Shown here piece after piece: positions 38,823 through 52,812 of a DNA stretch of 64,000 nt. The first letter of the stretch is position 1; the number at the start of each line of letters is the position of its first letter. A program made the translations under genes and the position numbers. This stretch comes from Psammoneis japonica. Its lineage: Eukaryota. Location: NCBI GenBank assembly GCA_008632985.1, contig QPGO01000255.1, positions 1 to 64,000 of the forward strand, written 5' to 3'. The notes beneath the pieces were generated by a model. The model ran no database searches. It saw only the letters and a program-made list of their open reading frames with translations, and was not told the origin of the DNA.

Positions 38823-40597
38823 GAAGTGTCAAGGAAACCCTGGAGTCGATTCGAGAAGGAAACCTTTCTCCCTCGGATCTTCCACCTATACAAGTGATTG
38901 TTGGACCCAAGGATGAAAGCGGGTTGCAGTGGTACTTCTCGCTGAATAATCGGCGTTTGTGGGTACTCAAACGTTGCAGAGAGGAAGGTCTTCTGAAGAA
39001 CAATGTCATTCCTGTTCGCGTTCGTACCCCAAAAAGTGAGAGCGAAAGAAATAGATATACTCTGATTAACTGCGCAGTTGAGGCCAGATTCCTTCGAGAA
39101 ACGGAGCAATCGCGTGATGCACATTCAGACAGGAAGGACAAGTCGTTGCCGAGAGACCCTAGACAGTATGCGGCACCAAACAAGAATGTCATTGAAAAAA
39201 GCTCGCCAGACACGATGCCGTGTGAAAAGGACCAGGACGACGATGAAACGTCAGATTCTCTCAGCGACGACGTCTGCGCATATACGAATCCGTTCAACAT
39301 GTTGCTGTAGTCTCTTCTAGAGAAGTCGAAGCACTATAATTTTCTCTCTTAGCATTTACTCTTCCATAAGCTGGTATGTGTGGGCTTGCGTATCTTCAAT
39401 GCGGTCTTCATCGTGGCCGACAGATGATGATGATGTGCTGTTGCTATTGCCGCACCAGCAACAGAAGGGAAAGTGTCCTGAGCAATTACAGCTGCAACCT
39501 GACGATGGGATGAACGAGCCAGATGTCAAGTATTAGAGTCAGTTCAATTAGAGCCAATTTGGAGGTGGCACACCCTCGAGAAGAAGAAGAAAAGCCACCA
39601 CTATGTCCACGTACGTGCTGAATGCTTTAACGCCGTTTCGAAGTCTGAGGCTTCTTACCTCCAAAGACCCCCCCAATTCCTTGTCCAATACTCTTGAAGC
39701 CAGACACAACGCCGGAACCAATGGTGAGCGCACCATCCGCGGCGCCAGAAACAACAGACTCTACTCCTTGCCCCACTCCAGCCCCTACGGATGCCACCCC
39801 TTCCCCAAGTCCCGAAAGAACCGCTCTACCGTCACCAGTGGCGACTCCTTTTCCGACACCCTTGGCGATCTGTTGGGCCCCTCCTGTCACTCCGCCGAAG
39901 ACATGCCCTACACCCTTCCCATCTCCTTTGACAACCTTGCCAGCTCCAGCTCCAACTGCATACACAACAAGTTCAAACGTATGAGGTATTATTAATCGGC
40001 TAATCACGAAGATCGAGTTGCGTCATACGACTTACCGCCTTTAATGGTATTACCGACACCATCTCCAACCCCAGTAACAACACTGTTGACCCCCGCGCCA
40101 ATTGCTCTAGCTCCCACTCTGTCTGTTGCATCTTCAACACCTTGTCCCAGAGCCCCTGTCACAGCGCTAAGGCCGTCACCCAACCCTGCTCCTACCTTTT
40201 TCAACACATACCCTGCACCAGAACCCGCAATATTGCCAGTCAAACGCACGTAGTCGCCTTCTTTCCAGTTCTCGTCTCCTTCACGCGATGCGAGATACTT
40301 CCAGTCTTGAATGCTCACCGCAGTCATCAGCGTGACGAATTTCAGCTAACCGACAAGAAAGAAGTCGCCAAACGTGAGAGACGACATTCATTTTCCCGAA
40401 CAAATTCACTACGGTATGTTTTCTTACCTTGATTTTTCCAACGTAGTAAGCCTTCAGAATCTCAAAAAGGCGATCGGGAGGCCCCTTGACATTGGTCGCT
40501 TCATATCTACCGAAATTCAATTCGGCTTTGTCGATTTTGAATTTCAATCTTTTGGTAAAATAGTTCATCAGCTTAGCAAACCGCACATCTGTAAGGT
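38823..40597. repeat. Segmental duplication copy B (1,775 bp), including a 5'-truncated copy of the 31147 gene (38823-39310)
   Basis: Near-identical to copy A without the TIR insertion. Confidence 0.95.
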
Positions 40598-43500
40598 GCT
40601 TGTACCTGGAAGCTTGAGGTTGGCGCTTGAAGCTCAGCAGCATCTTGAACGGCGACACGGTAACCGAGTGAATGTCATAAAGCTTGTCACTGTCAGGTGG
40701 TGTATAACGTCCGGCGTCATCAATGTTTTCGGCCATGTAAGTTTCGGGTGTAGCGTCGACAACCGATACGGAATATCCTTGTTGTTGATCATCCCATTGC
40801 AACCTCAGGTCGACACCGGCGAGCTCAGCCGTAGACACTAAGATTCGATTTATCACGTCAAGAAGCTTCCATACAAATTCTTCACTTGTTTCAACGACAA
40901 TTCTTTCGGATTTCCCATTGGCATACGCAAGTTTCAAATCCACCATATCTACGCTCACTAAATCAGCCTGAAGGGGTCCACGACACCGAATGCATAAGTC
41001 AAAGAAGCTGCTTGATGACCTGCAATCAAAGACCACTGGGTATGCAGCGTTCGGAGAGCTGTCTTTCACGACGACATTGTGAACTATAACTGACAACTGA
41101 GACCGCTCGGGTGAGATAAGCGCGCTTTGAACGAGCGTTCGTTTGGAGGCAGTAACTTCGTCCTTGAAGACGCGTTGGAAATCAACCGTGAATCGGTGTA
41201 ACATGATAACAGCGACAGCCTGATGAGTGTCTTCTAGAGTTCATCCTGACTCTCATTGCGTCTTCTCCGAGCCTCCATCCAGGTTTCGGTACTACCGTCG
41301 GGTGAGGTAAGGCCAGCAACACCAAACGGCGAGCTGGTGGGTTGCGGCTTTATCTCATTGTAAATTTGATCTAAAGTTGTCTCCATAATCGGCTTTTCCT
41401 CTGCCACCGACTTACTTTCATTTAGGGTAACCTCCAATTCTGACCACCGGACACGCAACCGAAAGAATCGTTCGAGAAAAATCCACCGGAAGATGACCGA
41501 GCGTCAAATGTGGGCGCTGTTTGGCCATATTTTATCTTCCCAAGTTTCACCGCAAGCCGTGAATCTTCCGCTCCAATCACTGTCTGTACCGCCAAACTGC
41601 CGACGGGGGAGCCATCTGCTGCCTTCACTACACACATCTTTAGTCCGAGCGTATCACAAGGGAAGGGTACTGTACTCACTCCCAAATCAATGAAGTCCAT
41701 TGAGAGAACCAGTCCAACTTCTTCAATTTTCCGCATCGGTGCCATTTTGCCCGGCTCAAGAATCATTTGAACACCTTGGAATTGGCGAATGAGGACCCGA
41801 TCACGCTTGCTTCCGTTGAAGACGATGAACTCTGGGACCACGTGGACTTCGACTGATAGGAATTGACTAATCTCCTATATGCAAAGAATCCAGAGGGCGA
41901 TTCATCCTCCCATCTAATCATCGTTGACTCAATACCGCCTTCACAAATGGACACATCCTCCACACGGAAAGGCTGACTTCGCCTAACTCCGTCTTCTCCG
42001 TCCATGGTCAAGTGAAGTAGACGGAGGCTGACTGTTGAATCTGGAAGAAGCGATATGCGACGCCGCTGACTCGGGGAGGAAAACGCACTGAATGGGGTGG
42101 AAATCCGATCCGCTGAGGATCTCCTTCGCGCTGACGCTTCAACCGAAGTAAGGCTTCTCCGCAATTTAGAATCTCCGCCAGCATTCAGCTGCTCAAACAG
42201 CACATCGCCTGTATGGTCAACCGCATAGTTGCACACGGTGACGACAAACTTAGAAGTACCGGTAGTTTGGCTCGCATTATATGCCAATTCCTGGCCAGAA
42301 GCTGAAAGCTGATTTCTGGTAGGAGGATGATCTGTACCATCTGAAACAATGCTGCCCTGTTTCTCGAGTTGTGCCTCAGACAAAGGTTCGCTGTTCTCTT
42401 CAGCAATAAAGAACACGATACCTCCTACTGAAGGACGCCCCAGGGGATCCTCAGTAATTCCACGAAGGAATGGGAAGGTACATCGCAATGGCTCCAACAA
42501 TCTGAATTCAGGCACGAGAGGAAGGTCTACCCAGCCTCCTTGATTCCAGCCAGTCGTCCCGCCACCGATCGGCAGATCGGCGAATTTGAAAGTGAATGCG
42601 ATTGACGGCCCCGGAGTGTGAATTTCGAGGATTTCCCGAGGTGATAGTTTGTGGTTTATCTCCCCGTGAATTTCGTCGACGGTGGTGTCCGGGTTCCCCT
42701 GCTCGTTTCTCATTTGTTTCCGCGAGGTGCTGAATGTATGAGGCATTGGAGTACGACAGCAGATGCTGACAGGCATCTTGTTCTCGAGAAACGCTCTTGG
42801 CTCAACAACTAAATCGACAAATGGATGACTTCTGTCTACCATTCGGAGTTTAGCGCACACTCTCACCACAAAGGGATCAGAATCGTAACCAACGATACCG
42901 CTGGCGCCTTCGCATAATGATCTGTCGCGAGGCTGGCCCCGGCACGTAACTTCGAATCGTTGCAATGCGCCGTCTCCAACACGCCTTAAGCTTTCATGCA
43001 AAAACGAAAGGTCGATTCTTCCGCATAACTCCGTTTTTTCCATCTTCCCCAACAAGATGCGGAACAATCAGTAGTGACGAAGGAGAACTAGTGTCCTCTG
43101 TTAGCGACCCGCCACCGCTATTTCCAACTAAATCAACTGGAATCCCGAAGCTACGGCTGGCTTCCGAATCACGAGCGTCACTCACGCCAAAAGAGGATGG
43201 CCGACGCCTCGTACTATGCCGGCCTCCGTGCTCGCATTCGCACAAGCCGATATCGTGAGTTCGCCATCCTTTAAGACGGCTAGATGGATTGGTGTCGAGC
43301 AGTTGTTTCGTATGTCTACCATACTGCTGATATGCAGAACCTGGTTCGACAAGGAATGCAAAACATGAACCTTGTGAGATCGGGAGAAACAAAAATCGAT
43401 CCGGAGCAAGCTAGAGTCCACTTGAAACCTACCGTAGTTTTGCCTTCCTTCACAACCTGAATCGTGACAAAACGCCCGTATCCTAGTGAGTGAGCGTGCC

Positions 43501-46500
43501 TGGGCTGTTTTATCTCCTCGTCGATGTTTTCTATTTCTATTCTTCTGTCACCCAGCATCAAAACAAGACCCTTTAGCTGGGAAACATCCTGCCCGTAGCG
43601 CCGAAGTCCGCCACAACCTTGACGGCGAGGAGGTTCAAATCGAAAGTACTGTACCGTTCCACTGGGGCAAGAGCGTTCGACGCCCCGCTCCCCCTTCAAA
43701 GATAAAATTGCATCAATCCCGGAATGGTTCTCAATTGCGTACGGTAGGTTGGTAATCAAAGAGCGAGTCGAACTCAACACTTTCTCTCTTGCTTTTGCCG
43801 AGATCTTTTCCGCGGTACCATCAGCGGAAGCCAAAGAATAGACCGACCACATGCGATTTGCAGCGCCAATACCGACAAGGAATTGCTCTGAGAACGACAC
43901 GTGGCACGGGAAAGATTCGATGTCCACCGTAGTGGACATTCTTTGAGAGTTAAATCTCCGACTGACTCCTCGGGCGCTGTTCATTGTGATTTCCCAAGGT
44001 TTCACCAAAAGCTGTTGCCACATATTCGTGGAAGCATCAAAATAATCCGCCAGAACAGAGGTATTGACATGACAATCAAAGGTAACTTGGTCTGTGGATC
44101 CAGCCTGAGGAACAACGCCGCTCCTGACCTGAGCACCGGCCACGAAGTTCCTAGCTGTTGTTCTGAACAGGGCTTCATCCATACCTTGTAGATCATTGAT
44201 GAACGTTATCGTTGTTTCTGGCATTGTCACCTTTACGTCCAAGCTAAGCGAAGCAGTACTCTCTTGGGAAGCTGGCGATGTCACCGAAGACAACGCCGCC
44301 TCAGACGGCTGACTATGCAACACCTTCCCGTCGCTCGAAACTTCGATACCACTATTAGATTCAAGTTGTAGCGCCAGTCCTTCAATTCGTGATGCCTCTT
44401 GCTCGCTGATGTGGACAACTTGCTCATCTTTGGCTTCCGATCCGAGAGATTGTGAAAACCCGGAACTAATGGCTTTCACGAGAGCTGCGTTCTGCATTGA
44501 AAACACCATATATATCGGCGATAAGGTGACCAGTTTGATGTCAACGTCTGTAGAATTCCTTGCTCTTGACTTCATCGCGACTACCATAGTCACCTCTGCG
44601 GGTTCTACAATTTGCAACGGACTCTCTAGAAACCTTCCATGTGCACTGTATATCTCCATCCCTTCGCCATGCATTTCTATATCCGTGCTGAGAAGTCTGC
44701 CGCCATCGGTTTCAGACACACGAGACAGCTTGGCGTTCCATGCTCCTTGAAGCACGATCGCCTCCATCACCTGCCCAGTAGACCCTGCAGTTGACAGAAC
44801 CATCGATGCTCTTCTCACTGCATTGGAGGAGTATCCAGCATCAACCAGAACGACGCTGCAACTTCCGGTGGATATCGAAATAGAAGACGTTGAAACATCT
44901 TCTCTGGATGGAACAAAGGACGTTTCCACAGCCTCCCCATGCTCGTTGAAATGAACCTCAATTTCTTTCTCGTCGTACAAAGAGTTTTCCGAACCTGTGA
45001 GCTTGCCCTCTTCCGTGAGACTGCCACTGCTTTCAAGTGATACGAAGCCCAGCACGTCAGCAATTGCATCCGGAATGAACACAAAGCGCGGTGACCCAAT
45101 GCGCAAATCGAGTTCGCTTGATTTGTTCCCTTTCTTTACGTATGCAAGTCGAAATACGTCATTTTCAACGTCACATTCGCGATTGTCCACCTGGGATATA
45201 AGGGATCGGAATTCCCTATCAACCGCCTTCAATCTTCGATCTTCGCAAACGAGGTTGAGCAATTTCATGTCTACGAGCTTTGTTTCTTCGTCCGGTATCA
45301 TCTTCAATGAAATGGACGTCTTCACGGCAGCTAATCGTACAATGCGGGCGTCGACATCATCGCCACAAAGCTTGAGCGACATGACGTCCACCAAGAAATC
45401 GATATAGATACGCCTCTGGTTATCTACTACCACAACGCCAGCATGAGAAATGCCCTGCGTGAGACCACTTTCCTGCGCGCAAGGTGCGACGTCTACTTCT
45501 GTTGATGCACTAGATGCTCCAATTTTAATAGGGTGTTCCTCATTTTCACCGACGAGCCTTGTGCGGTCGCCACCACCGCGCAGAAATGAATCACTTTGGC
45601 CAATATTCAAATCAAGCGTATTCATCATCTGTTCATACTGAGCCTTCGACATCAGAAATGAAGCTTGGGATATTCTTATACGCAAACGCATAGTCTGTTG
45701 TTCGACTGTCCCTTCGCCAATTGGTGGCACTTCCACGTCGATAGCCATTGCGATCGGCGTTTCTACCATCGACCTTCCAGCGTCATCTTGCAGCGACACC
45801 TCTGAAAGCGCGAGACTTGCTGTTGAAACAGCACCCGGGCCAGGAGGAGAATGGTACTGTACGTTGAGGTCTCCAGCGTGGAGGGTAAGGTGTTCTGAAG
45901 AGTAAGCGGCTTGCGGTATAATAAGGTCGGCGCCGACGGCTCTTATGGCAAAAATCTTCCCGCCACTAACAGAACTGGCAATTTCAATGGCGGCATCTTT
46001 AGCCGATGAAGCAGCCTTAGCAAAAAGCGCGCCCAAAATGCCCTCCGTAACATATTCAACCAGCGTCAAGACCTGCGAATGTATATAGACCAGTCTCATG
46101 GGTGATAGATTAATCTTCGCGCAAGCGTCGCAGGTATCGACACCCTCATCCTGAAGTGATAATGATTGGATTGCTTGACGGCCCATGCTGTATTGAACAG
46201 AGAGCAAACTAGTTGACTGGTGCGGCGCAAGTCCAAGAAGAGTTTTGTACGATTGCAGCGTTTTCCCATTGGTGGGTGCTTCTATTCGAACATCCCCAAG
46301 TTCAAGCGAGGCCTTCGTATTGCTATGCTCGACGTTCTCTGAAGAATGAAAACTCACTTTTGTGTCAGACATTGTCATCTCAAAAAGCGGTAGATCGTCT
46401 ATGGCAGAATTCAAGGATATCTCGAGGTGCCTCATCTCGGCCTTCAAAACAAAGAGCCGAGCTTTCGTCTGCGAGAGCGAAAATTCATCAGACTCGAAGC

Positions 46501-49500
46501 TTTTCATGAGAGATTCTCGTCGAGGCGAAGTTATTGGCGACTCAATCACAGACAGCCGCGGCGACACCTCGGGTAGCGACAACCGTTTCTGTGGAAGAGA
46601 GAATTTTGACCGTACCGCTGTCACTGCCTGGATTGCTTTTGGATTCCATTGAACATATGAACTCGAAAATGTCGCATCGATAAAATTAACTGCCACGGTT
46701 TCATTCTCTTTCCGAAATTGTGCTGCCAGTGGATCAGACAGCTCGATTGAATTGGAAAAGCTTCTTCCGGACATTTTAAAAGTAATGTCGGCAAGTTCTG
46801 TAGAGCCAGAGAAACTGTCATCAAAGGCACCAAGCTTCTCTAATTCTGCAAAAACATTGTACTCGTCGTTTTCCGCAAATGACGCTGCTGGTTTTGGGAG
46901 GTTTGAATGAGCCAGCAGTCGCTGCTCCCGTGGAAAGTCACTCGATAAACGGTCCAAAATCCAAAACCATCCCATTTTCAGGCGACAAGAAGCACCTCCG
47001 TCGCCCGTCAAAGACGCAGACGATGACACAGAAACCAGGTGTGCCTCTAAACCGTCCCCGTCATCAGTGACGGCACAGATTGATAGCCGGTGCAAAGCGA
47101 TAGAGAAGTGCAGAACAGTAAGGTCATCGAGACCGCCCTCGATTCCTGTGGGTGTTTCACTTATGGTTGTTGCTTTCAAAGTGCCTTGAAACCCAGCTGA
47201 CGACCTTTTCAAGAGAGAGCTCGTCACTGACGTTGAACTCGCATCACGGCCTCCGTCACGTTCGACCTCATCGAGAATGGATATACCGCCCGCATCCACA
47301 ACAGTTTCAACACTTTTCTTTGCACCCATATCTTCTAGAACATCTCGCCAAGTACTGAGAACAGATACCGTACTTTTTACTTGAGCTGGAGATATCCGGA
47401 GCGAAACCGTAGGTAGAACGCCAAACGTACAGATGCGGGGGCGCTCGTCATTGAGAGCGGTTTCTACCCCCATTTTGAGGTTGAGTGAGAGTGGCTCGAT
47501 CACAGCCTCAGTCTGCTCTTCTTTAAGCAACTTGACTTCTGTCATAGAGTCATCCCAGTTCAACTGACCCGTTTTCCCTGTTACAAACATAAGATTAGAC
47601 ACCACAAGTTCGCCATAATCCACGAGAGGATCCGGTTTCATAGTGCTTCGCTTCGGTTGACTTGAAAACCAGTCCAATACACTTTGCGGTGGCTCAATCT
47701 TGCCGTATTTCAAACTGAAGTGACCCAAATCAAAGACAAGCACATCGGTAGTCGGATCAACACAACTCTCTGGAAGAATAATGATGGGGCCGTAGACATC
47801 AAAATCAATTATCCAGGTAGTCTTTGTCTTCGTTTTACTTTTCCAGGCATCTGCCAATGCAGTAGATAGCTGGTCCGACACTGCGGCACTGGCTGCTCTC
47901 GCGGCTGCGGCGGTTTCGTCAACAATGTCCACCGCCCCAGCCTCCATGGAATGCGCCCCGGCGTCATAAAAAAGATCAACCGAACCACTCAAAGACTTTT
48001 CTAAGAGTGGGTTCTGCCGGAAGTGTTGCGACGCGGAAACTGATGCGGTATTGGAAAGCGAGAAGAAGGCTTTTACATCCTTCAAAAGTACCGATGAGGC
48101 CACCATCTGAAAAGCTGCCATGCGCAGAATCAATTGCTGGTCACCGGTCTTCGACTTTTCCAAGCGAACGTTGAATGCATCAGTGGTTGAAGCCCCCTCC
48201 TCTTGTGACGAGTACCGCAAGCTGCGTATGACAGTAGGGAACAGGCTCTTCAGGGTAGTCTTGTCGTGAACCATGAGGCTTGAGAGACAAAGATCAAAGA
48301 CGAAGGATCCGTTCGCAGCTGCATCAAATGTGGTTGTCACCGCGCCCATATCCAATGCCGCCAAAGGTCTCATCCCATGTGTTATCAAATCGATTTTGAA
48401 GGCACCCAGAGTAAACTTGATATCGTAAAGCTTTGAATTTGTTGAGACTTCCGATTCAGAGGTTTGCTCGAGACTAATTGCTTCGAGCTCTTTCATTTCT
48501 TCTACTGTCAAGGATATTGGAGGATCTTCCTCGTCCGGTGACGCATCTTCGCCCTTTGAAGCCCCGAAAAAGGACGGCAGATACGACTTTTTGGCGCCCT
48601 GATCTGAAACCTTTTTCGTCAATTCGTGTTTTTCCTTTTCTCGTTCGACTTGTGCATCAGCAATGTTCCGCCATGTCATTATGCCTTCAACAGAGATAGC
48701 ACGATCTTGTTCTGTGGTTATCACGGTCTCCACTTCTTCTATCGACAAAGGCTTCAACCAAGGGCAAGTCTCATGATGAGCATGGCGCTTGTAAAGGGGT
48801 ATATACTTCTTGCGTTTTTGAAAAGCTGTGTGAAACTCGACCCAAGAGCGCCTACCATTGAGCCTGCCAATGCAGCGTACCGCATATCTCCACCATTCTT
48901 TGGCTGTTTCCTCGCTAACCCTATTTAAGGGACGGTACTGTGGAAAAAGAGGTATGGCGAAGTTCTGAGCAGGCCTGATGGCCGCCGCAATCTTGTTGCC
49001 CAACTCCAGCTGATTCCGCGACAGCAATATTGAGAGCTGTGAGAGCTCCGAAGACAGCAAGTATTTTGGAAAATCGATACATTCGAGTTGATCCGACTGT
49101 CGAAGTTTTGCCTCAAAGGATAGCGGAGATAAGACATACGAATGCTGCACCGAGTCAGAACCATCCGATTGTCGCCCTTCCGGGACAGACATGGGGATTG
49201 CAAAATTGGAGGTTTCATCATCGAGATATACTCCAAGACCTTGAATACGAAGCGCTTTGTAAAGGAAGGATTTGTCGACATTCTTGGTAGCTGTCGTGCG
49301 GTCTACAAAACTTCTGTTTTCATCCTTGTCGGTGGTGACGAGAGAAAGTGAAGACAAAACGACGCCAGCCGAGCACCCCGCACCTTTGAGTGACACATGC
49401 ACGTCGTTCACTTCGACCTGAAGATTTTCAATGATTCTTCGAACGAGACGGGACCCAAACGATGTTGGCTTGTTTAAAGAGTCGACATTGGCGTCGTCCC

Positions 49501-49958
49501 CTGCCGCCACGTCAATTTCGGCCAGATTTCGCAGCGCATTGGCCCGCAGTCTTGCGGCGTCGGCTCGCTTTAACGATTGAATTCTAGCGTCTTCTGTCTT
49601 CTTTGCCGTTTTATCCGCACTGCTTTTATCATAAAGGTGGTTTTGCGAAAGTCGATCGCATGGCTCAACAAGGACTTTCAATCCTCTCGCTCGCAGTATG
49701 ACGGGTTTACTGGTTATTCTTGACCACGGTACCACGACCTCAAGGCTGCTGAACTCCCCATCCATTACCCTAAACGGAAGCACCAGGTTGGGTGCTTCGG
49801 CAGCCTGACGATCCAGCTCTGAGTTTACAGCATCTACGTTGAGCTCAAGAGAATGAAGCTGGATGTTTCCTTTCCAAACGGCCACATTGAGAGTCGAGAG
49901 ACTTGACGTATTTTCCGATCGTACTTTCCAGCACGTCTAAAATTGCTTTCTTTGCCAT
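39627..49958 (-). CDS. VPS13: Vacuolar protein sorting 13 family lipid-transfer protein
   Basis: Chorein-N start MAKKAILDVLESTIGKYV...LNVAVWKGNIQLHSLEL, then IIENLQVEVNDVH and WWRYA within a 2189-aa ORF. Gly-rich ATG2/VPS13-type C-terminus. Introns near 43330-43430, 40350-40430 and 39950-40030. Several 1-nt frameshifts, plus an apparent ~8-nt deletion near 49890. Confidence 0.9.
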
Positions 49959-50414
49959 TGTGCTTCCTTAGTGTCTATCTAACCGGTTCACTTGCACATA
50001 AGGAGATGAGATCAGCATGCAACGACTGGTTCTTCGGTGAGCCACAGACACAGAAATACCGGTATGGGTAAGGCCTCATGCGGCATGGCCGGTCAAAAAC
50101 TAACTGCGGTGGTGGGAGGCTTGGGTCGTGTCATGCATGATACCTACAGTGATGAATAAAAGGTATTCAGAAAGTAAATGCAATGATTTTACGAATCTCA
50201 ACAAATAATATAACTGTATTGTATGTCAATAATTCACGGGAAAAACATAGCCGCTCACTTTTTAGCGAAATACTTCTACATAAATTCCAAAAGGGTTGTC
50301 ACTCACAACGCAGACATATCAATAAACACACTTCCGTTGCTCACTGCATTTGTGTGGACTCACTCTCTTCAACAATTAGCCAACGGCAACATATCTCTGT
50401 CGTCTCAGTTCATC

Positions 50415-51088
50415 ATGATGGAGCATTGTCCGACCATTGTTAATCAAACAAATGAATCCATCGTTGTATTTCAAGAACGAGGTGTCCTCTACAACAAGCA
50501 AGTGCTGAGGCCTGGTGAGGCAGTGGATATTTCAAGGCTTCAGACCGGAGGGATTCTTGTACCTTATTATATACATGCTGTCATTGGAGACGAACGAAAT
50601 CTCCCCAATCGGAAACAGTCGGTGAAGAACCTAATTTCCGTGTCGGCGATTCCCGCCGCCTTTGTCTTGGGTGCTTTGGCTACTGCAGCGAGTGCTGGAG
50701 CTCTTACAGGTCCATCTCTGGCTCTCGCACCTTTAGTAAGCGGAATGGTAGTGAATGGAGTAGTGATTGATGCGGCTGCCATTGCGGGGGGCGCAGTCGT
50801 TGCATCCCGTGCAGCAGTGATTACCGAGATGCTCATCAAGAAGCACCCAGAAAAATTCATGACCAAGTCGAAAGCGCTTAGGCCGGGGAAACGTTTCGTT
50901 CGGATAACGGGTGGACTCAATGATGGACCGCAGAGATCGAAAGCATAAAAGAAAAAGAATTCAAGCGCTTGAATATCACATCGTTTAAAACTCCGACAGA
51001 TACAATGAAAGACAAGTTGCACTATTTCATTCCAGGAACAAAAATAAAAGGTGAGGAGGAATCTAGACAACCCGCGAATGAATTGTAA
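50415..51088 (+). CDS. Hypothetical protein with an Ala/Gly-rich hydrophobic segment
   Basis: Coding-like ORF from MMEHCPT. A probable frameshift near 50930 continues as IESIKEKEFKRL to TAA at 51088. Confidence 0.6.
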
Positions 51089-51230
51089 GAGACGTCCAGG
51101 AAAGAGGAACGTAACATTGGAATATGCGTTGAATGTCTTTCACGCACGTCATCCAAAGATTGGAACCAAAGTAAAAGCAATTGATATTTAGCGAACTGTT
51201 GGTTCCATAATTGCAGGTAACAATATGTTC

Positions 51231-52154
51231 TCACGCCTTCGGACGATTGCGTCCAAATCTGTAAGCTGAAGCAACGCCAAGTGCTATCCCAGCAGCGAAC
51301 GTTAGTACCAGCTGACGAATCTTTTGTTGGTTCCATGAAGCTTTATCTACAATCTTTCCGTCCTCCCATGACCTTGGATTCGAAAACAATTCCGAAAAAG
51401 ATTTTGATAGTGATCGAAAAAGCCAACTTTTCCCTGCTACCGTAATGGCCGAATCACGACGCTTGACCAACTTTCTGCTTTTCTCGTTTCGCTGTGCTGC
51501 TTTTGATACCTGTTGCTCAATCCATTGCACAGCTGCTTCCGCTGTTGGTTCAAAATGGAGGATATTTTCAGGATCCGTGTACACTAGCTGGTCTTCGCTC
51601 GCTCGTTGCAGCATGAGTCTAAAGTTCTCATAGTAACCATCGGCATTGACACAAACAATTGGGATGTCCGTCAATCCGATGTTGCGCGAACACGCCATCT
51701 CCCAGAGCTCGTCCCACGTGCCAGGACCACCGGGTAGGACCACTAGAGCATCGGCGCCCTCAACCAACAAGCGCTTTCTCTCCTGGAGGTCGTCTCCTCC
51801 GGCCACGAGGCACTCCCGTGTCGGGCCTTCTTGGTTGCTCATTTCGTTTCTAAACACTTTGTGCGCACCACCATCACGAGTACACCAATCACTGCCATCA
51901 ACTACAAACATTTCATGAATTACCCCCACAATATGGCCGTTCCCTTCGGCAGCCCCGTCGTTCATAGCCGCCATGCATCCGAAAGAACCAGCGCCATTGA
52001 CGCACACGTGTCCACGCTTCGCCAGCGTGTATCCCAACAACCGCGCCTCCGACAAATATTTTTCTGGTGTTTTGCTAGAAGAAGAGCCATAGCAGGTCAC
52101 CCTCAGTGACTTTGGAGCACGCTCCGACACAAAGTCGGATTCGACAGACGTCAT
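51231..52154 (-). CDS. LOG family (Lonely Guy / 'lysine decarboxylase-like') nucleotide phosphoribohydrolase with a C-terminal membrane anchor
   Basis: VTCYGSSS, LGYTLAKRG..VNGAGSFGCM, ERKRLL..ADALVVLPGGPGTWDELWE and PIVCVNADGYY. Hydrophobic tail LVLTFAAGIALGVASAY. Confidence 0.9.
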   Translation of the reverse strand: MTSVESDFVSERAPKSLRVTCYGSSSSKTPEKYLSEARLLGYTLAKRGHVCVNGAGSFGCMAAMNDGAAEGNGHIVGVIHEMFVVDGSDWCTRDGGAHKVFRNEMSNQEGPTRECLVAGGDDLQERKRLLVEGADALVVLPGGPGTWDELWEMACSRNIGLTDIPIVCVNADGYYENFRLMLQRASEDQLVYTDPENILHFEPTAEAAVQWIEQQVSKAAQRNEKSRKLVKRRDSAITVAGKSWLFRSLSKSFSELFSNPRSWEDGKIVDKASWNQQKIRQLVLTFAAGIALGVASAYRFGRNRPKA

Positions 52155-52812
52155 GTTGGTAGGGATTATGAGCGGCGAGATGAGTGTTGCGTTGACACAG
52201 CCAGCATAGAAAGGCCCAGCACAATGGCACTTCAGCATTCTGGATTCTGAATTCCTCCTTTGATCTCCACTTACTCTGTCTATGTAGTTAGTAAAGGACA
52301 ATATGACATTTTTGTATTTAAGAGGCGCAAATAAAAGATAATTATCCAGAAGAAGGCAATCGTGTCAATTCACTTTTAAATGCTTACACATACATCAGTG
52401 TTTGACGAATTCGACATTACCAGGAAAATTACTTATGCCCATCTCTACTTATGGGTCGAAACTCCATGGGCATAAATAGACCGCTGCACGGGGACGTGCC
52501 GTCACATTTTGGACTTGTTCATTCCCTGCAACGGATGGGGCCCAGGCTTGTGAAACATTGTATTTTGTGTTAAATGCACAATTCTTTGGAACCATGCAAT
52601 GCACACAAAAATGATCTTGTGTGAGAAAAACAACTGTGAACATTTGAATGACAATAAAAATGCGTGCAAAATGCAATGTTAAAATGTGCATTTCCCAAAT
52701 GTGTGTCCCGCGCGCTCCGACGCGCGGCGAACTTCTTCAAAAATCACCTTCAACACATGGCAACACAGGTGGAAACGGCGATTGTTTTTAAAAATCCATC
52801 CACTGCACATTG

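Noticed and set aside
39627..49958. Programmed frameshifting or pseudogenisation of VPS13 (shifts near 49890, 43260, 43060, 41850, 41460, 41236)
   Set aside because: Mostly isolated 1-nt deletions, often in short homopolymers, with no accumulation of stops and similar shifts in other genes. Assembly indels are more likely, though reads are needed to confirm.
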